From Flectonema sp. DT1601 (Eukaryota), in NCBI GenBank assembly GCA_964019425.1, contig OZ025794.1:930001-994000 (forward strand): a stretch of 64,000 nucleotides of DNA, written 5' to 3'. The notes under the pieces are model-generated. The model did not search any database. It was given only the letters and a program-made list of their open reading frames with translations, and was not told where the DNA came from. Position numbers and translations under genes: made by a program. How positions within the stretch are numbered: the first letter of the stretch is position 1; each line of letters opens with the position of its first letter. Positions 36,943 through 49,950 of the stretch are shown in pieces.

Positions 36943-39220
36943 TTATACTCCAAAGTGATCTAGAGAGTCTTCGATGTACGATTTAACATTAATAACCTTT
37001 CCCTCAACTTCTTTTTTTACAGTGTCGTATGCGCTACCTCCTAACCATGGTCGTTTTCCGTGGACTTCACCTGTTCTACCATGGATGAGAACATCAAATT
37101 GTTGATCTTCGTATTTGTATGTTGCGACATAGCAGGGGAGGAGTATGGCTCTGTTTGTTTATTATTTTGTTTGTTTTTTTTAAATCTCAACGAAACATCA
37201 GAAACAATACATACTTCTGCTTTAAGTCTGTTACAGTCAACTCTAACTCAGAAGAATCAACAACAGCTCCCTTTGGTTCCAGTGATTTTAGTATCGATTT
37301 TGTAAATTCGATTTCCTTCTCTTGTACATGAGGCCAGATTTGTTCTACCCAAGCATCTTCTGACTTTCTTTCCGGAGGTATGATTTCAGCTTCGTGAAAG
37401 GTTGTGTGAGCACTCTCCGGGATAGGTGTTGAGGAAGGAATATCTGCCGGGGCGAAGTAATCTTCTTTCTCCAATGCAGCAGAGAAGACTCGCCCACTAG
37501 CAGGTGGTGGATTAGCGGGTGATGGAATTCCTTCAAAGTCCCCATCATCTTCAATGGATCCAACATTACCATTAGCTGGTGGTATATAAACTGAGCTGCT
37601 GAGAGAAGATGGAAGAACTGCATCTGTGAAGACTGGATGAGGAGCAGGAGGATGAGAAACGTCTTCAAAGAATTCATTAATTGATTCGTCCATCAGCTGC
37701 TGAGTAGGTTGAGGAGCAGAGAGAGCAGGTGGTACTTCTGAAGACGACGCCATGAAAGTAGAAAATCCATCCATCTCATCACTTTGTTTACAAGCTGCTG
37801 GAGTTGACAATAGTTCATCATAAACAACAGCTGGATCATAAGTCACTTGATTCGGTCTTACCGCCTGTGATGATGATGTCGCTTTCTTGTCTTTTTCCTT
37901 TCGATCACTCTCCTTCTTATCGCCTTCTTTTTTGCTCTTTTTGTCTTTTTTTTTCTTACTCCGATGGCTGCTCGATGTTTCTTTGTCGTTACACCACAGC
38001 ACTCCTTCACTGGACTTTACCAACTTTAATATTTTATCCAAGTACTCTGAATTATTTGATGCAGTAGGCGGAGGTATTTTAATAGGAGTGAGTAACGACA
38101 AGTCGTGGTCTTTACTTTGTCCTGTCATCAATGCTGCGACTAAGTCGTGATCCATGGCGAAGGTAGCGCATACGAGCATGTTAGTGAATTCATTTCCATG
38201 ACGTCCACTAAACTGCAACTGTCGCTGCATAGGTTGAGTCGATGAGACGTATGTTTGTCCCACTTTTGCTTTCATTTCCATGTTTTGCTCTTGTTGGATA
38301 GAATTTTCTTTTTCTAAGGATGCTTCACAGCTGGTTGAGCACGGAGCTTGACCAGGGATACCTGTAGAACACCCTCCACTACTAGCACTCGACACAACCG
38401 ATGAAATTAATGGTTTTGCTGCTGTCCACAACCAAGTCCCCCAACTGTGTAGGTCTGGGTTTTTTGATTTATCTCTCGAAGTTTTGATAGTAACGGTGCT
38501 ACCGATTGCTTGCTGGATCCATCTACGTGATGGATGACTATTTCCAGCTTCTTTGATACTTTCAATACGTGATCTCTTTGTATCTGTTGTTGTTTCACAA
38601 GGTGGTAGTGTTGCTCTATTATCTTGAGGACAAAAGACAGTGGCTTTAAAATCAACCTGAGTTCTTACATTAAAAACATAAAACGGAACAGAAACCATTC
38701 TGACGTTCATAAGAACTGCTTTATCAGGAAAGTCCGTCGGACACAGCCAAAGATTCTTTTTCCAGCTGCGAAACATTTCTTGTGTACGTTCAATTGATAG
38801 GTCAAAAGGAATGTATTCATGAATTACTTCAGAGCACTGACTCACATTGATGTGCTCAAATGGTATAACTTCTTCTACTGCTGGTTCGTATGAGGCTGCT
38901 GCTGCTGCAGCTTCTTTTTCTTCTTCCAATTCGTCTTCATCTCTGCCTACTTTACTAATGTAGGTCTCAACCAACCGCGACAGTCTCAAATCTGCTGGTA
39001 ATTTCGCAATTCCTAAGAAACCAGGAAATCTTAAATATGTTTGTGTCCTGCATGCCGGACAACTCACAGTGGATGAATCACTTTTGACCAACTGCTGCAA
39101 ACACTTCCAACAAAAAGCATGCTCGCAGTCTAACCTGTATGGTCTGTCATAAATACTCAGGCATACTAAGCATGTTAATTCAGATTTTAAGTCCCCCTCG
39201 AGGGTTACCCCGTCAGCCAT
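36943..39220 (-). CDS. C3HC4 RING-finger protein fused to a bacterial YdjG-like core (2 exons, 737 aa)
   Basis: Likely ATG at 39220 (MADGV). RING CLVC..CEH.FC..C..CPAC. Exons 39220-37215 and 37150-36943, with a 64-nt GTATGT...AAACAG intron. Exon 2 reads AILLPCYVATYKYEDQQFDVLIHGRTGEVHGKRPW...DHFGV*. Confidence 0.85.
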
Positions 39221-40309
39221 TTTTATTAAATCTATTTGAAGAAAACAAAACAGAATGATGCTAACTAACCAACGAATTGCGTTATAAAAGGTGTTGTGCT
39301 TACATATTGTTGTAGTTACCTGTTTAAATGTGGATAGTACATTAGGGGAAGAAATAGATGAATTCACTTATAAAGGCAAGAAAGAACTGGGATCAGAGTA
39401 TTAAAAAAAAAAGGTAAACCCGACACAAACACAAGCATCCCCGCCATCATAGAGAGGGTTGAGGCATGTCAAAAAAAACTTGTTTTTATTCATAATTCCT
39501 CTCTCATCAGCCCCCTTTTTTTTTTTTTTTTTTTTTTAATTTTTATTTATTTATTTTTTTTTTTTTTGCTTCTTGTTATAAATTTTCCGAAATTTGTATT
39601 CTGAGCTCAGCTTGGCTCTCCAACTCGGTCTGCCCGGGATACATGTGCAGGTTTGTGGAAGGGTCTGTCTGTATTCACTTACAACGCCCACTCTTGTGTT
39701 CGTGAAAGAAGAAGAAAGAAAAGCACTAAACAAGAGATTAAGGACTACACTGCAAAATGTCTCTTCTTCATGAATAGGTGGACCGTGTTGTTCGTTTTTT
39801 TTTTTTTTTTTGTTGTTTTTTGTTTTTTTCCTTTACTTTATTTTTTTTCTTTCACTGTTGGTTTTTTTTTTTTTTCTTGAAACCAGGTAAAAGTTGGAGC
39901 TATCCGTCGAAACAGTGAACTTGAAACAGATGCACTGAACATCACACAGCCAAGCGCTAATTTTCTTTCAAAAAACAGAAGTAAAATAAAAATGAAAAAG
40001 GTTTTTTTTTTTTGCACACAATATACCACGAAGATGAGTGAAACTAAGGGCAAAGTCAACTTTTTTTTTTTTTTTTTTTCCCTTACGCATTCAGTGTGTG
40101 TTTTTGTTCTTTAAAATCTCCGTTATCCTTCCTGCTACACTTTACCTGTTGCCTACACTTTTTCTTTCCCCCGCTCTCTTTTTTTTTTTTTTTTTTTTTT
40201 TTTGTTGGTTTGTTGACATTATTCTCTTATTTCCAAAAAGTAATATGTGACGACAGTATTGCATCAACGAGATCGCATGTGGAGGGGTAGGAATGGTATA
40301 CTTCTTCTA

Positions 40310-40344
<35 letters not shown>

Positions 40345-42870
40345 CGTGTTTTCCTCCATTGTAATGTTGCAATCCGCCCTCCCCACCCCCACCCCGATGT
40401 TTAAAAAATAAAAAATGCCTGATAGTTGTGAGTCGCATATGTGTATGAGCATACACGTTTATTTTATTTTTTTTTGCTACTTGTCCAGTTAGGAAAGATG
40501 AATTGCGATGATTTTTAAGGAGCGTAGCAATATTCTGTACGTTAAATGGGTTATGCATCCTTGATTGGGAACCGACAGGGCAAACAACAACAAACATTTT
40601 TTTTTTTTAAAAAAAATAAAAAAATAAAAAAAAAATGAATTTAAAAAAAAATGAAAATATAATAATAAATAACAGACGAAGAATAATCTTTTTTACGACA
40701 AACCCCAAAATCCCCAAAAAAAATAAATTTCATCAAAGGAATAGACTAACATCAAGTATGTCCTTGTCACTCCTAATAACTAATTTTGCAAACTACACAG
40801 TGAGGGTGGGGTCTCTGCGGGACTAGTTTACGCAGTGAAAACTGCACATCGGGGATGAGGAAGGCAACCATTTAACCAACCAAAAGGATAATAAATAACA
40901 TGAATCAAGCGTTCGGGTAAGGGTTGGGGCATGAGGGTAGGCGCTAATGCTCGTCACTGGTTTCTTCTTCTTCTTTCATTTTTCTCTATTCCGTTTCCGT
41001 TCTGTTTTTTTTTTTTGTTTCCGACCACCACGCAAGAAGTAGAAGGAAAAAAAACACTACGATAAAAAATTAAAAAGTAAAATATTTTTATTTTAAAAAA
41101 AAAAAATGAAAAAGAAGAAATCAGTGACAAGGTAACCCAAAATGAGCATAACGACAAAACCAGAAGACGGGAGAGAAATCGAAAAAACCGACAAAGGACA
41201 CTCACAAGTTAGCAAGGGGGGTGAAAAAAAATATGCCTCTCTAACCTCCCCCACGACTAACGTAACAATGATGGAAAGACAGGGGGGTGCAAGAACAAAT
41301 CCCCCCCCAGATAAGGGTTCAGGGAAAGGGTGGTTTCAAAAAAAATACGAAATAGTTCAGGAGGGTATAATAAAGGGTTGCGAGGTAGCAAGGGATGGGG
41401 GAAGAAAGAAAAAAAAAAAAAAAAAAAAAAAGCAGACAAGAAATATTAATGGGGGGGGAAATGGGTGGCCGAGCTGGTGGAACAACAAACAGTTTGATCT
41501 ACTGAACTTACGTCATCGTTCGCATCCTCATTTCGGGGAGCTCAAAAACAGATCAAAGCTGAAAAGAGTAACCTGTTGCAATAACACAAACGGGGGTTTG
41601 CGAAGAAGAAAATAAATCCACAGATTACATCCCTAATAACACCTCACACAGTCTCAACGTGTTATAAAACACTAGTTAATACTACCTAAAAACAAAGAGT
41701 ATGACGGAATTCACTCAGGATTCAGACTTTACAATAAAATTAAAAAAAAAAAAAAAAAAAAAAACCGAATGCCGATATTAGAAATCAACGAAACACATGG
41801 TTGAGTTTTCCTTAAAAGCAAAAAATAGGGAAAAAGGGTAAACTGATAACTGTTTTACCGGATTCAAGTTAGCATCGGCAGCACCTTTTTTCTTTTTAGC
41901 AGTAAAAGAAAAAAGGGAGAAGAAAAGAAAAAAAAGAAAGAAAAAAAAGAATTACCTGCGACACCACCAGAGTAAACCGCAACTTTCCATCGGATGTCTC
42001 CAACTGCTGTGGCCAAAATAAAAACACACAATTTGTTCTTAACCAAGTCCGTTTCCGGCGAGGCCGAGGCTAGCTGCTGAGTAGGCCTCTAACGGACCTC
42101 CTCCGGGTGGCAATTGAGGAAGTACCTCATAACTACCACTTTGAGACTGTTGCAGGAGCAGCTTGGATAAACAATAACGAGTAGGGAAAGGAAGTTTAAA
42201 AATAATATATTTTAAAAAAAAAAAAAAAAAAGAAAGAAAGAAAGAAAAAGAAGAAATTCTCTGGGAAACGGACAAGGGATTTCGATGAGCCCGACACAAC
42301 ACTGCAAGAATACTCTCGCAAGGGAAAGTCTTTATTTTTCTTTTTTTTTTTTTTTTTTGTGATAATTTCTTTTCTTCTGTTGTTTTACCACTTTCAAATT
42401 CACCGTTTTTTTTTTTTTTTTTTCTCATTCTACAGAAACTGGTATAAGGTAAACATTGTAAAAGAAGAAGAAAAAAAAATAAAAAGAGGGGAAAAGAATA
42501 CTGCTTCGAAGACTAACTCTATTGTGCTCTCACAGGCTTGTTTGTTTATTTAATTTTTTTTTTTTTTTTTTTTGAATTTCTTAAACTACAGTCATCATTG
42601 GTTTAAAAAGAATGCTATGAGTGTGTGCAGTTTTTCGGTTCACCGGTTATTAGTTTCTTTCTCTTTATATTTTTCTTGTCGTTTTTTTTTTATTTATTTT
42701 ATTTTCTTTTTTTTTTTATTTATTTATTTATTATTTTTTTTTTTCATTAGTGCCGACCTTCGCGAAAAAGAATGCAGAACGGCAAAGCTGCTTAAAGTTC
42801 ATAAGCTCTCCTCATCCCCTACCGATCGATGCCTATCCTTCACTGAAAGTGGAAGGAAAGCACTTCTCAC

Positions 42871-44487
42871 TTACCTTCCCTGGGTAGCCATGCGAATTGT
42901 TTCGTGAGCGGCAATCGGGTTAATTACACCTCCAGGGTTTAGAAAGTTTTGGTTGTTGAGGGCGCTCTGTAAGTTGATCATTCCTCCTTGTAACCCTCCC
43001 TGAAGACCAGCTAGCCCAGCAATATTCGGCTGGATTGCCATGGCTCCTAATCCCCCAGCTGCCGGAACCAACATGCTTGGCATCATTAAAGGTGCCTGCA
43101 TACCGATACCCATCTGAGGCATCTGTTGATACATCATTCCCTGGGTAAGCATCGGGTTAGCTGCAGCAATAGGATTTAATGTTGGCTGCATGGTTCCAAT
43201 ACCAGCTGATACCTGCGCCATTGGTTGTCTCTTCGCCCATCCTTCAATCACTTCAGCAGCTCCTGGAATATCCACAGCAGCCTGTTTTACAAAGAATAAT
43301 TAATTACAAACAAAAAGATTCCAACACGTCCCTGTAATACATACCGATGCGATAATGGTTTTGAGAGCTTGGACGTTGCTACGATCGATAAGTCCTTGCG
43401 TTTCCGATCTGTTTGATTTGATTATTTTAATGTCCCAACGACAATCGATGAGTACAAATGTCACTCTGGTTACTACACAATTGTCAACAACAGTCGGGGT
43501 ATAAAAGTGTTTCATAAAGTGAGAGTACTACATACCCAAGAGTTTTTGTGTGCCTGGGAACCTGTCTTTGCTGCTGCTGTTGTTGCTGCTGTTGCTGCTG
43601 TTGTTGCTGCTGTTGTTGCTGCTGTTGTTGTTGCTGCACTCTGGTAGCAGCCTGTTGTTGGTGGTGTTGTTGCTGTGCCTGCTGAGATTGCTGCTGTGGT
43701 ACGTGCATTCCCTGGGACTGGTATCCGTTTCTCTGCACCTGCGGTTGTGTTGTCTGCGCTTGAGTAGGATTCCATCCCGTGACAACATCTTTTCTTTCAG
43801 GTTGTATTTGAGGTGACTTGACCATCGGGGCTGCTGGCTGATGAGATGCGATTGGGTTCGCAAGCGGATTCACCGACGGTGAAAGCGTAGCAGCAGGTGA
43901 CTGGGAAGGTGCTGTAGTTGCACTAGCTGTAGTAGTCGTGGCTGTAGATGCTGCTGTTGCTGTTGATGTTGCTGGGACGCTCCCGGAGGTGGCTTGGGAC
44001 TTGCTCTGTTGCTGTGGTTTGTTAATTATAATTCATTATTTAATGTCCGCTTACTTGAAGATCTAAGTTCCGAATTTCAGCTTTCAACTCGACAACCATC
44101 AATCATAATACATACCGTTCTTGGTCTGCTGTAGGTGCATTCTGGTTTGTGTCGTCTCCAATCCTCCTTCTGACATTCAGTGTTGCAGTATTGTGCCTGT
44201 TCGTATTATTATTTTATTCTATAATTTATTATTACACTTAGCATTACTACTAATGAATATCTTCATACCTTTCTACATGGACACGGTTTCAACCGCAGGT
44301 TATTAGCCTTCAAGTTCTGCTGAGTTTCACCACATCTACTACACTTCGCGGTGGTGGTATTATTTGGCTGCGCAACAGCAGCTGCAGCAGTAGCTGTTTG
44401 AGCCACTGCCCCAGGAGCTGGAGCTACCTTTGGGGCTGCCGTTCCCATGGGCTGGACAGCACCAGGTACTGACTGAGTGGCCTGCAT
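42871..44487 (-). CDS. MYND zinc-finger protein with polyQ and Q/M/G/P-rich regions (5 exons, about 435 aa; 3' end uncertain)
   Basis: Exons 44487-44269, 44196-44116, 44011-43536, 43465-43345 and 43281-42871, all GT-AG and in frame. Splicing rebuilds CSRC...CPCRKAQYCNTECQKEDWRRHKPEC. Confidence 0.85.
43568..43640 (-). repeat. CAA/CAG microsatellite encoding polyQ
   Basis: (TGC/TGT)n on the plus strand, inside exon 3 of the MYND gene. Confidence 0.9.
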
Positions 44488-46702
44488 ATGGTATAAGTTT
44501 CCCCTTACTTCGCTCTTTTTCCCTCTGTTTTTGAGGCTCCTGTTGTGAAGAAATATTATAGAAAGACAGCTACAGATCACCACTGAAATAGTCAAATATT
44601 TAGACATGCATCTCTCCCTCAAATTACAGCTGAGAAAGTGTAAGTAAGATCAAAACAAATAGAAGAGAGAAATACTTAAGTCCTCCTGGTCATATCAACG
44701 AGGTATTAGGAAGATGTGAAACAACAAAACAAATATTGTTTGTTCCTCTTATTAATTACAAAATAGTATGGTGAGGGGAAAAATAGAATTTTCGTGAGAC
44801 ATTTTTGTTGGGCATATACCTCCACGAGTTTGTTTGAAAAAAAATAAACACAATAACAGTAAGTTTAGCCTTTCCATTCCATTAATTGCGTTGGTTGATC
44901 GAAAGTAAAAGATGTACATCTCTAGACTTCGAGGAATGGTAAGGAAGAAGAATCGTCTTACTGTTTTGCTAAAATTATAAATACCAAAAAAAAAGGGGGG
45001 GGGGCTTAATCGCAGAATATTGGATACTAGTGAGTAAGTAAGTCTCAGATAAGCGACACATTTTGCTTTTGTTTTTATCATAAATCTGTTCTTTCTTGAT
45101 CTTTTCCTTCTTTAAAGGTATCCAGCAGTTAAGAAGGTTTTTGAGGATGAGCAGCATTCGGTTGAATGACAGAAGCAAGAAAGTCAACTATACCAAAACC
45201 TACTTTATACGCAGACTTTATGAAAAGATTTCAAAAAAAGGAGTAAAAGACCAGGCTCATGTTAACCTACTAATACTTCACTATTTTACCTTATTGTGAA
45301 CACACGTTCAAAAGTAAACCTGTGATGGAAAGAAGAACGCTGTAACGATTCTTTTCACAACTAAGGATGCAGGGAAGGACAACGAAGACTTGTATAAGAC
45401 AACAGCAGCTGGCAAACAAGCAAATGCGCAAAATGGGTTTGCGGCTGGAGAAAGAAAAAACTAGAAATCAGTGTTAAGGCATTGATGCGAGAACAAGTTC
45501 CGAAATTATCCTGAGATGATAAATAATAAAATACAACAACAGTTGAATTGAAAAGCAATTATCATCTACCACAACAAGGACAAGTGAAAGAATGAATTAA
45601 ACACAGCGAACACGGTCTCTACTTCCTAAGAAGTAGAACAAAAACCGATTCAACTGTTACTTCATGAACATCACTGCAGTGAATAAGAATACAAGAGAAG
45701 TATAAACATCGTGACGCCTGTCACTGCCACCGAGAAATACGGAATACCGGAAAGCCAAGTTCGAGAAGAAGAGGGCGAAAAAAAGAATTATAATAATCTC
45801 ACCAGGTAGAAACCTTTTGCTGCATTAATTGCTTACCAGGTCGAATCATTATAGTAAGCTAGGAGCGAGGTTGTTTCTAATAAGAGCAATATATCAATGG
45901 ATTGCAGCAGTTGGGAAAGTGACAACTGCAGTAAAAAATCTTCTCTCATCGACTACTTTAGACGCAAACAGATAGGAGGAGAACTATTAAAAAACAACGC
46001 ACAAGAAAAGGGGAACACACTAAGAAAAAGCAGACTATTCCTTACATGTTAGCCGCTTGAACCACAACCAACCTGAGTCCAGTGACCAAGATCACTCGCC
46101 TCACTGTTTGCAGCGCTGCTGTTTTCTTCGTGTAAAACAAAACAAAAGAAGAGATCGAAATTATTAAAAACAGAAAATAGAAAATGAAGCAATCATTATA
46201 CGTAAGGTACCTCAACCGGAGTACTGAGTAAATTAAAAAATTCAAACTATTTTTTTTTGAAAAGGAACGAAATGTCTTAAACATAACAATAGAGTTGTTA
46301 GATTGCCTCCATTGTCGAGAGTGAATTACACTTAGACCAAGACTCATATTTACATGGCGATATGAATGATTTTGCCTCACCGTTTTGAACCGGTTTCTCA
46401 AAAAATATGAAGGACACCGGAAACTGGCGGGGGGAAAAGGGACTCACCAAACACCCGCTGCTAAATGAGGAGACCAATAGTCGGCATCGAGAATTTCCGT
46501 ATGCTTGACTGCTTTGGTGTCGTGCCGCATATGTGGGGAAAGCGTAGTGAGATATCATCCTCATACAGAAATGTGTAGGAATGAGTTTTTATAAATAGCA
46601 GTCAGTTATCACAAATAAAATAAGAAAATAATCAAATCAATAAATCGTAAGGACATCAAACAACAAATAGTTTTGGTTTTTGGGATAAAAATTAAAAAAA
46701 AA

Positions 46703-46757
46703 CATTCTTCGGGTCGGTTCGTCGGCGGGTAACCCGCACCAGTAGAGGGCCCGATCT
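46703..46757 (-). ncRNA. Candidate single-hairpin AGA-box (H/ACA-like) pseudouridylation guide RNA
   Basis: A-UCGGG-CCCUCUACU-GGUGCGGG-UUA-CCCGCC-GACGAACCGA-CCCGA-AGA-AUG. AGA directly follows the lower stem and lies 15 nt from the base of the upper stem. Confidence 0.4.
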
Positions 46758-47442
46758 CAAAGATTATATTTCTGAAGTAAGTTAATCAAACAAATGCATT
46801 GATTGTTAATCAGACTTTATGAACACCTACTACCTATCAATAAGTTTCAGTAGCTTCCACTTAGGGAGCTTTTTTTTGCAATAAACCAGAAATGACCTAA
46901 ACAAAAGCAGATATGCCTTTCTTGAAAAGTTGTGTATTTATCGAAGCCAGGGATGTCAAACCAATCATTCGGTACCTCAACCATGAGAAGAGATAAGTCT
47001 TTTCATACCACTACATGCCCGAAGCAGGCAGCGTAAAGATATAACTGATGACGTCAATTTTGCGCCAAGAGAGGAGAACACGCCACCGGAAGAAAGAGGT
47101 GACGCTAGCTACTCGTGAAGTATTTCCTTCTTTATAAGCCATTGCAGTATATTTCCTTCTAAGAATTCGTACGCAATGAAAATTTTCAACTTAACACATC
47201 ACCATTCCTTTTATTAACTCATGATGCTCGCAGAGTACGGGGAAAAAGAGGGAAGGGAAAAAAGAGAGAGAGAGAGAAAGAGAACCGATCATCATGTGAG
47301 TGTTACCAATAATGAATAACCAACCATTCATGACTAATGCGATTAAAGTCCTCAGTTTTTTTTTTTTGAATATTTTTCAAAAAGGGATGAAAATTTCCCC
47401 TTCTTTTTTAAACCCTAAATTAGTAATACCAAAATTTACGAA

Positions 47443-47475
<33 letters not shown>

Positions 47476-48612
47476 CAGTATTATCTATAAGTTACTTTGC
47501 GGAATTTTCACCCCCGTATCAAGTTACTCCCCCGGTGGAGCTTGTAGTTCACTTCACTTACCTTGATTTAAATTTTAAAAGGGATAGGTGTAAACAAATT
47601 AAACAAAAAAAAAAAGAAGAAGAAGAAGAATAAGAAGCATGCAAGCAAAGCTTCCTCTTATGTAGTGAATTTTAGAGGCTTAGTAACAATAGAGAACAAA
47701 AGAGAGGGGAAGAGGAAAAAACGGGTAAGGAAATTATTTGCCTTCGATATTCGGGTTTTTGCAACTCGCTGTGTGAATTGTCAGATCGATGTCGTTTGAT
47801 TACTGTCGGGGATGATAACCAAAAGAAAATATCGTTTATTTTATTTTATTTTTTTTTATTCTTCTGGTTATCCATTATTCTATGTAACCTACCCGTAGCG
47901 ACTCCTCGACATATCTACACGATCTCTTGTGCGACTTCCAATCACCAACCTGACATTCTTTATTGCAGTAGTAAACAGCCTTACATGGACACACCTTCAG
48001 CTTCTGCACTTGGGTTCCACCACAGCCGCAGAAATGACAAGTGTGCGGAACCATTTTTAAAAGAATCTGTTTGATAAAACAATATTAAAATCGAAGAAAC
48101 CCCTGTGTGAAGAAGCCTATGCTATTTGTCATATTGTTATGAAGTCTCTGTTAAGGGAAGTTCAGATCAGAATATAACATCAACGATTAGGATACACACC
48201 TAAGTCCCGATTTTTAGACAGAAAAAAAAAGAAGAAAAGTTCAACAGCCCAACTATTTTTGTGCAACTTATCGTAAATATCAGGAATGACATTGTTGGGG
48301 AGTTCCCCCCCAAACAATCGTGGTTGTAATGTAAAAGAAAATTCGACGAAGATGTCTTTTTTTTTTTTTTTTTTTTCCTGACTTTTTTTAGATTGACAAT
48401 TGACCCGAAACGGGAAAAAAAAAAAATAAATAAATAAATAAATAAAAAACAAAGACACACAAAAAGAAAAATGAACGAAACTAACTGTCTGATATCATTT
48501 TGGATATAAACAGCTCTAAGACACTGAAAATAGGTCTGAAACCTAAACACTTTATAATTCAATCATACTAAAGTTCGTTCTAAGTAAGCTACAGACAATG
48601 AGGAAAAACACC

Positions 48613-48758
48613 TTACAAGAATGGTGTAATTCTTGCCTTTTCACCCTTGAGAGAGTAGTCGCTTTGCCCTCTGTAATTATCAGCACTCTGTGCAAGAAAT
48701 CCTCCAGTCTGGTTGTTGTTTTGATTGGTGTTTTTTGTTAATTAATTGTGCAGAATTT

Positions 48759-48790
<32 letters not shown>

Positions 48791-49587
48791 CATACAGCCA
48801 AAAACGTGAGTACGTACGCACACAAGCCCGCTACAATAATTCTTCCAACAGCTATGGCATAGGCTTCCATCGTTTGTTGACGGTAAGGGTTAAGGGGTGT
48901 CATCATGTACATGTGAGGGATAATTTTTGCTGCCCGACGACCTATATAAGGAATGCCGTATTTATGGTAAGGGTTCGACAATTTGTAGGCCTCCTCTGGA
49001 TCAAACCCATGAGGAAAGCAACTCCACTGATCAGGATGGGATGCACTATGATATCTCCCCCACGAAACCTGACCAGGAAGATCCCCACAAAATGCGAATG
49101 AAATTTTATTTTTTTTGCTCTCCACGTATGCCAAGCAACGTTCAAATAGCCAATCAGCAGTTCCCTTGTCAGCATTCCTATTTTTTTCAAACTCGGCTCT
49201 GGCCTGTCTCATGTAGTACGATATGACGTCTCTATCTTCTTCAACTCTTCTTGTTCTTCCAAGCAATTCTCTAAGGACTCTTTTGTATAGGCGAGTCATC
49301 TTTTGCTTGTGGGTAAGTTTAGGATGATACAACGGTTCAATTACTGGATGCTGTAAATTTAAGTTTACCAAAAACTCTCCCATTGATGGTGTTGGATTGC
49401 CTTCAGGTCTCACTGGGGCCCAGAGACCATCAGCTTCGTGACGAATGTCATGAGTTTCTAACCAGTGGTTTCCCTTGACTGATGCCGGAGGTCCGTTTCT
49501 TGCGTATGCACAATAAGGATTATTTACGTCTGGCCCTCCATGAGTCGACTGCGTCGCCTTAAATAGCGCCGCCCTACTGGATTTCAT
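48613..49587 (-). CDS. NDUFB9: Mitochondrial complex I subunit NDUFB9/B22-like LYR protein with extensions (2 exons, 295 aa)
   Basis: LTHKQKMTRLYKRVLREL, RQARAEFEKNRN and DLPGQVSWGRY parallel NDUFB9 (LTHQQKVLRLYKRALRHL, RARFEEH, DSPGGTSYERY). Exons 49587-48796 and 48708-48613. Confidence 0.75.
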
Positions 49588-49950
49588 TTTCTTATTGCAA
49601 CTGTTCAAAACTATTTCATTAAAATACAAGAATGCCAATATTAATTACCTACACACAGATCTCTTAATCTGTTAAAGGGAAATAACAATATAATTTCCTC
49701 TTAAGTAGATGCACATTGTGATCTATTCACTGGTAACAATGAATCAAGAAAAGAAGAAAATCAAACGTGTAAATGAACTCAGGTATACAACATTAGTGGA
49801 AACAGATGTTGAGTTCCCTGAGAGCAAGGGACACAGAACAAATAACAAGTGTCAAACTCCAACAAAACATTTCAAAATAATCAATCAGATAAGAAGACGG
49901 ATAATATTCCTTTTTGTTTTCTTGATGAGTGATAGATTAATTATTGTTAT

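Noticed and set aside
14040..48600. Many 60-190 aa F/K-rich ORFs in spacers
   Set aside because: They are translations of poly(A)/poly(T) tracts, often with non-ATG starts and no motifs.
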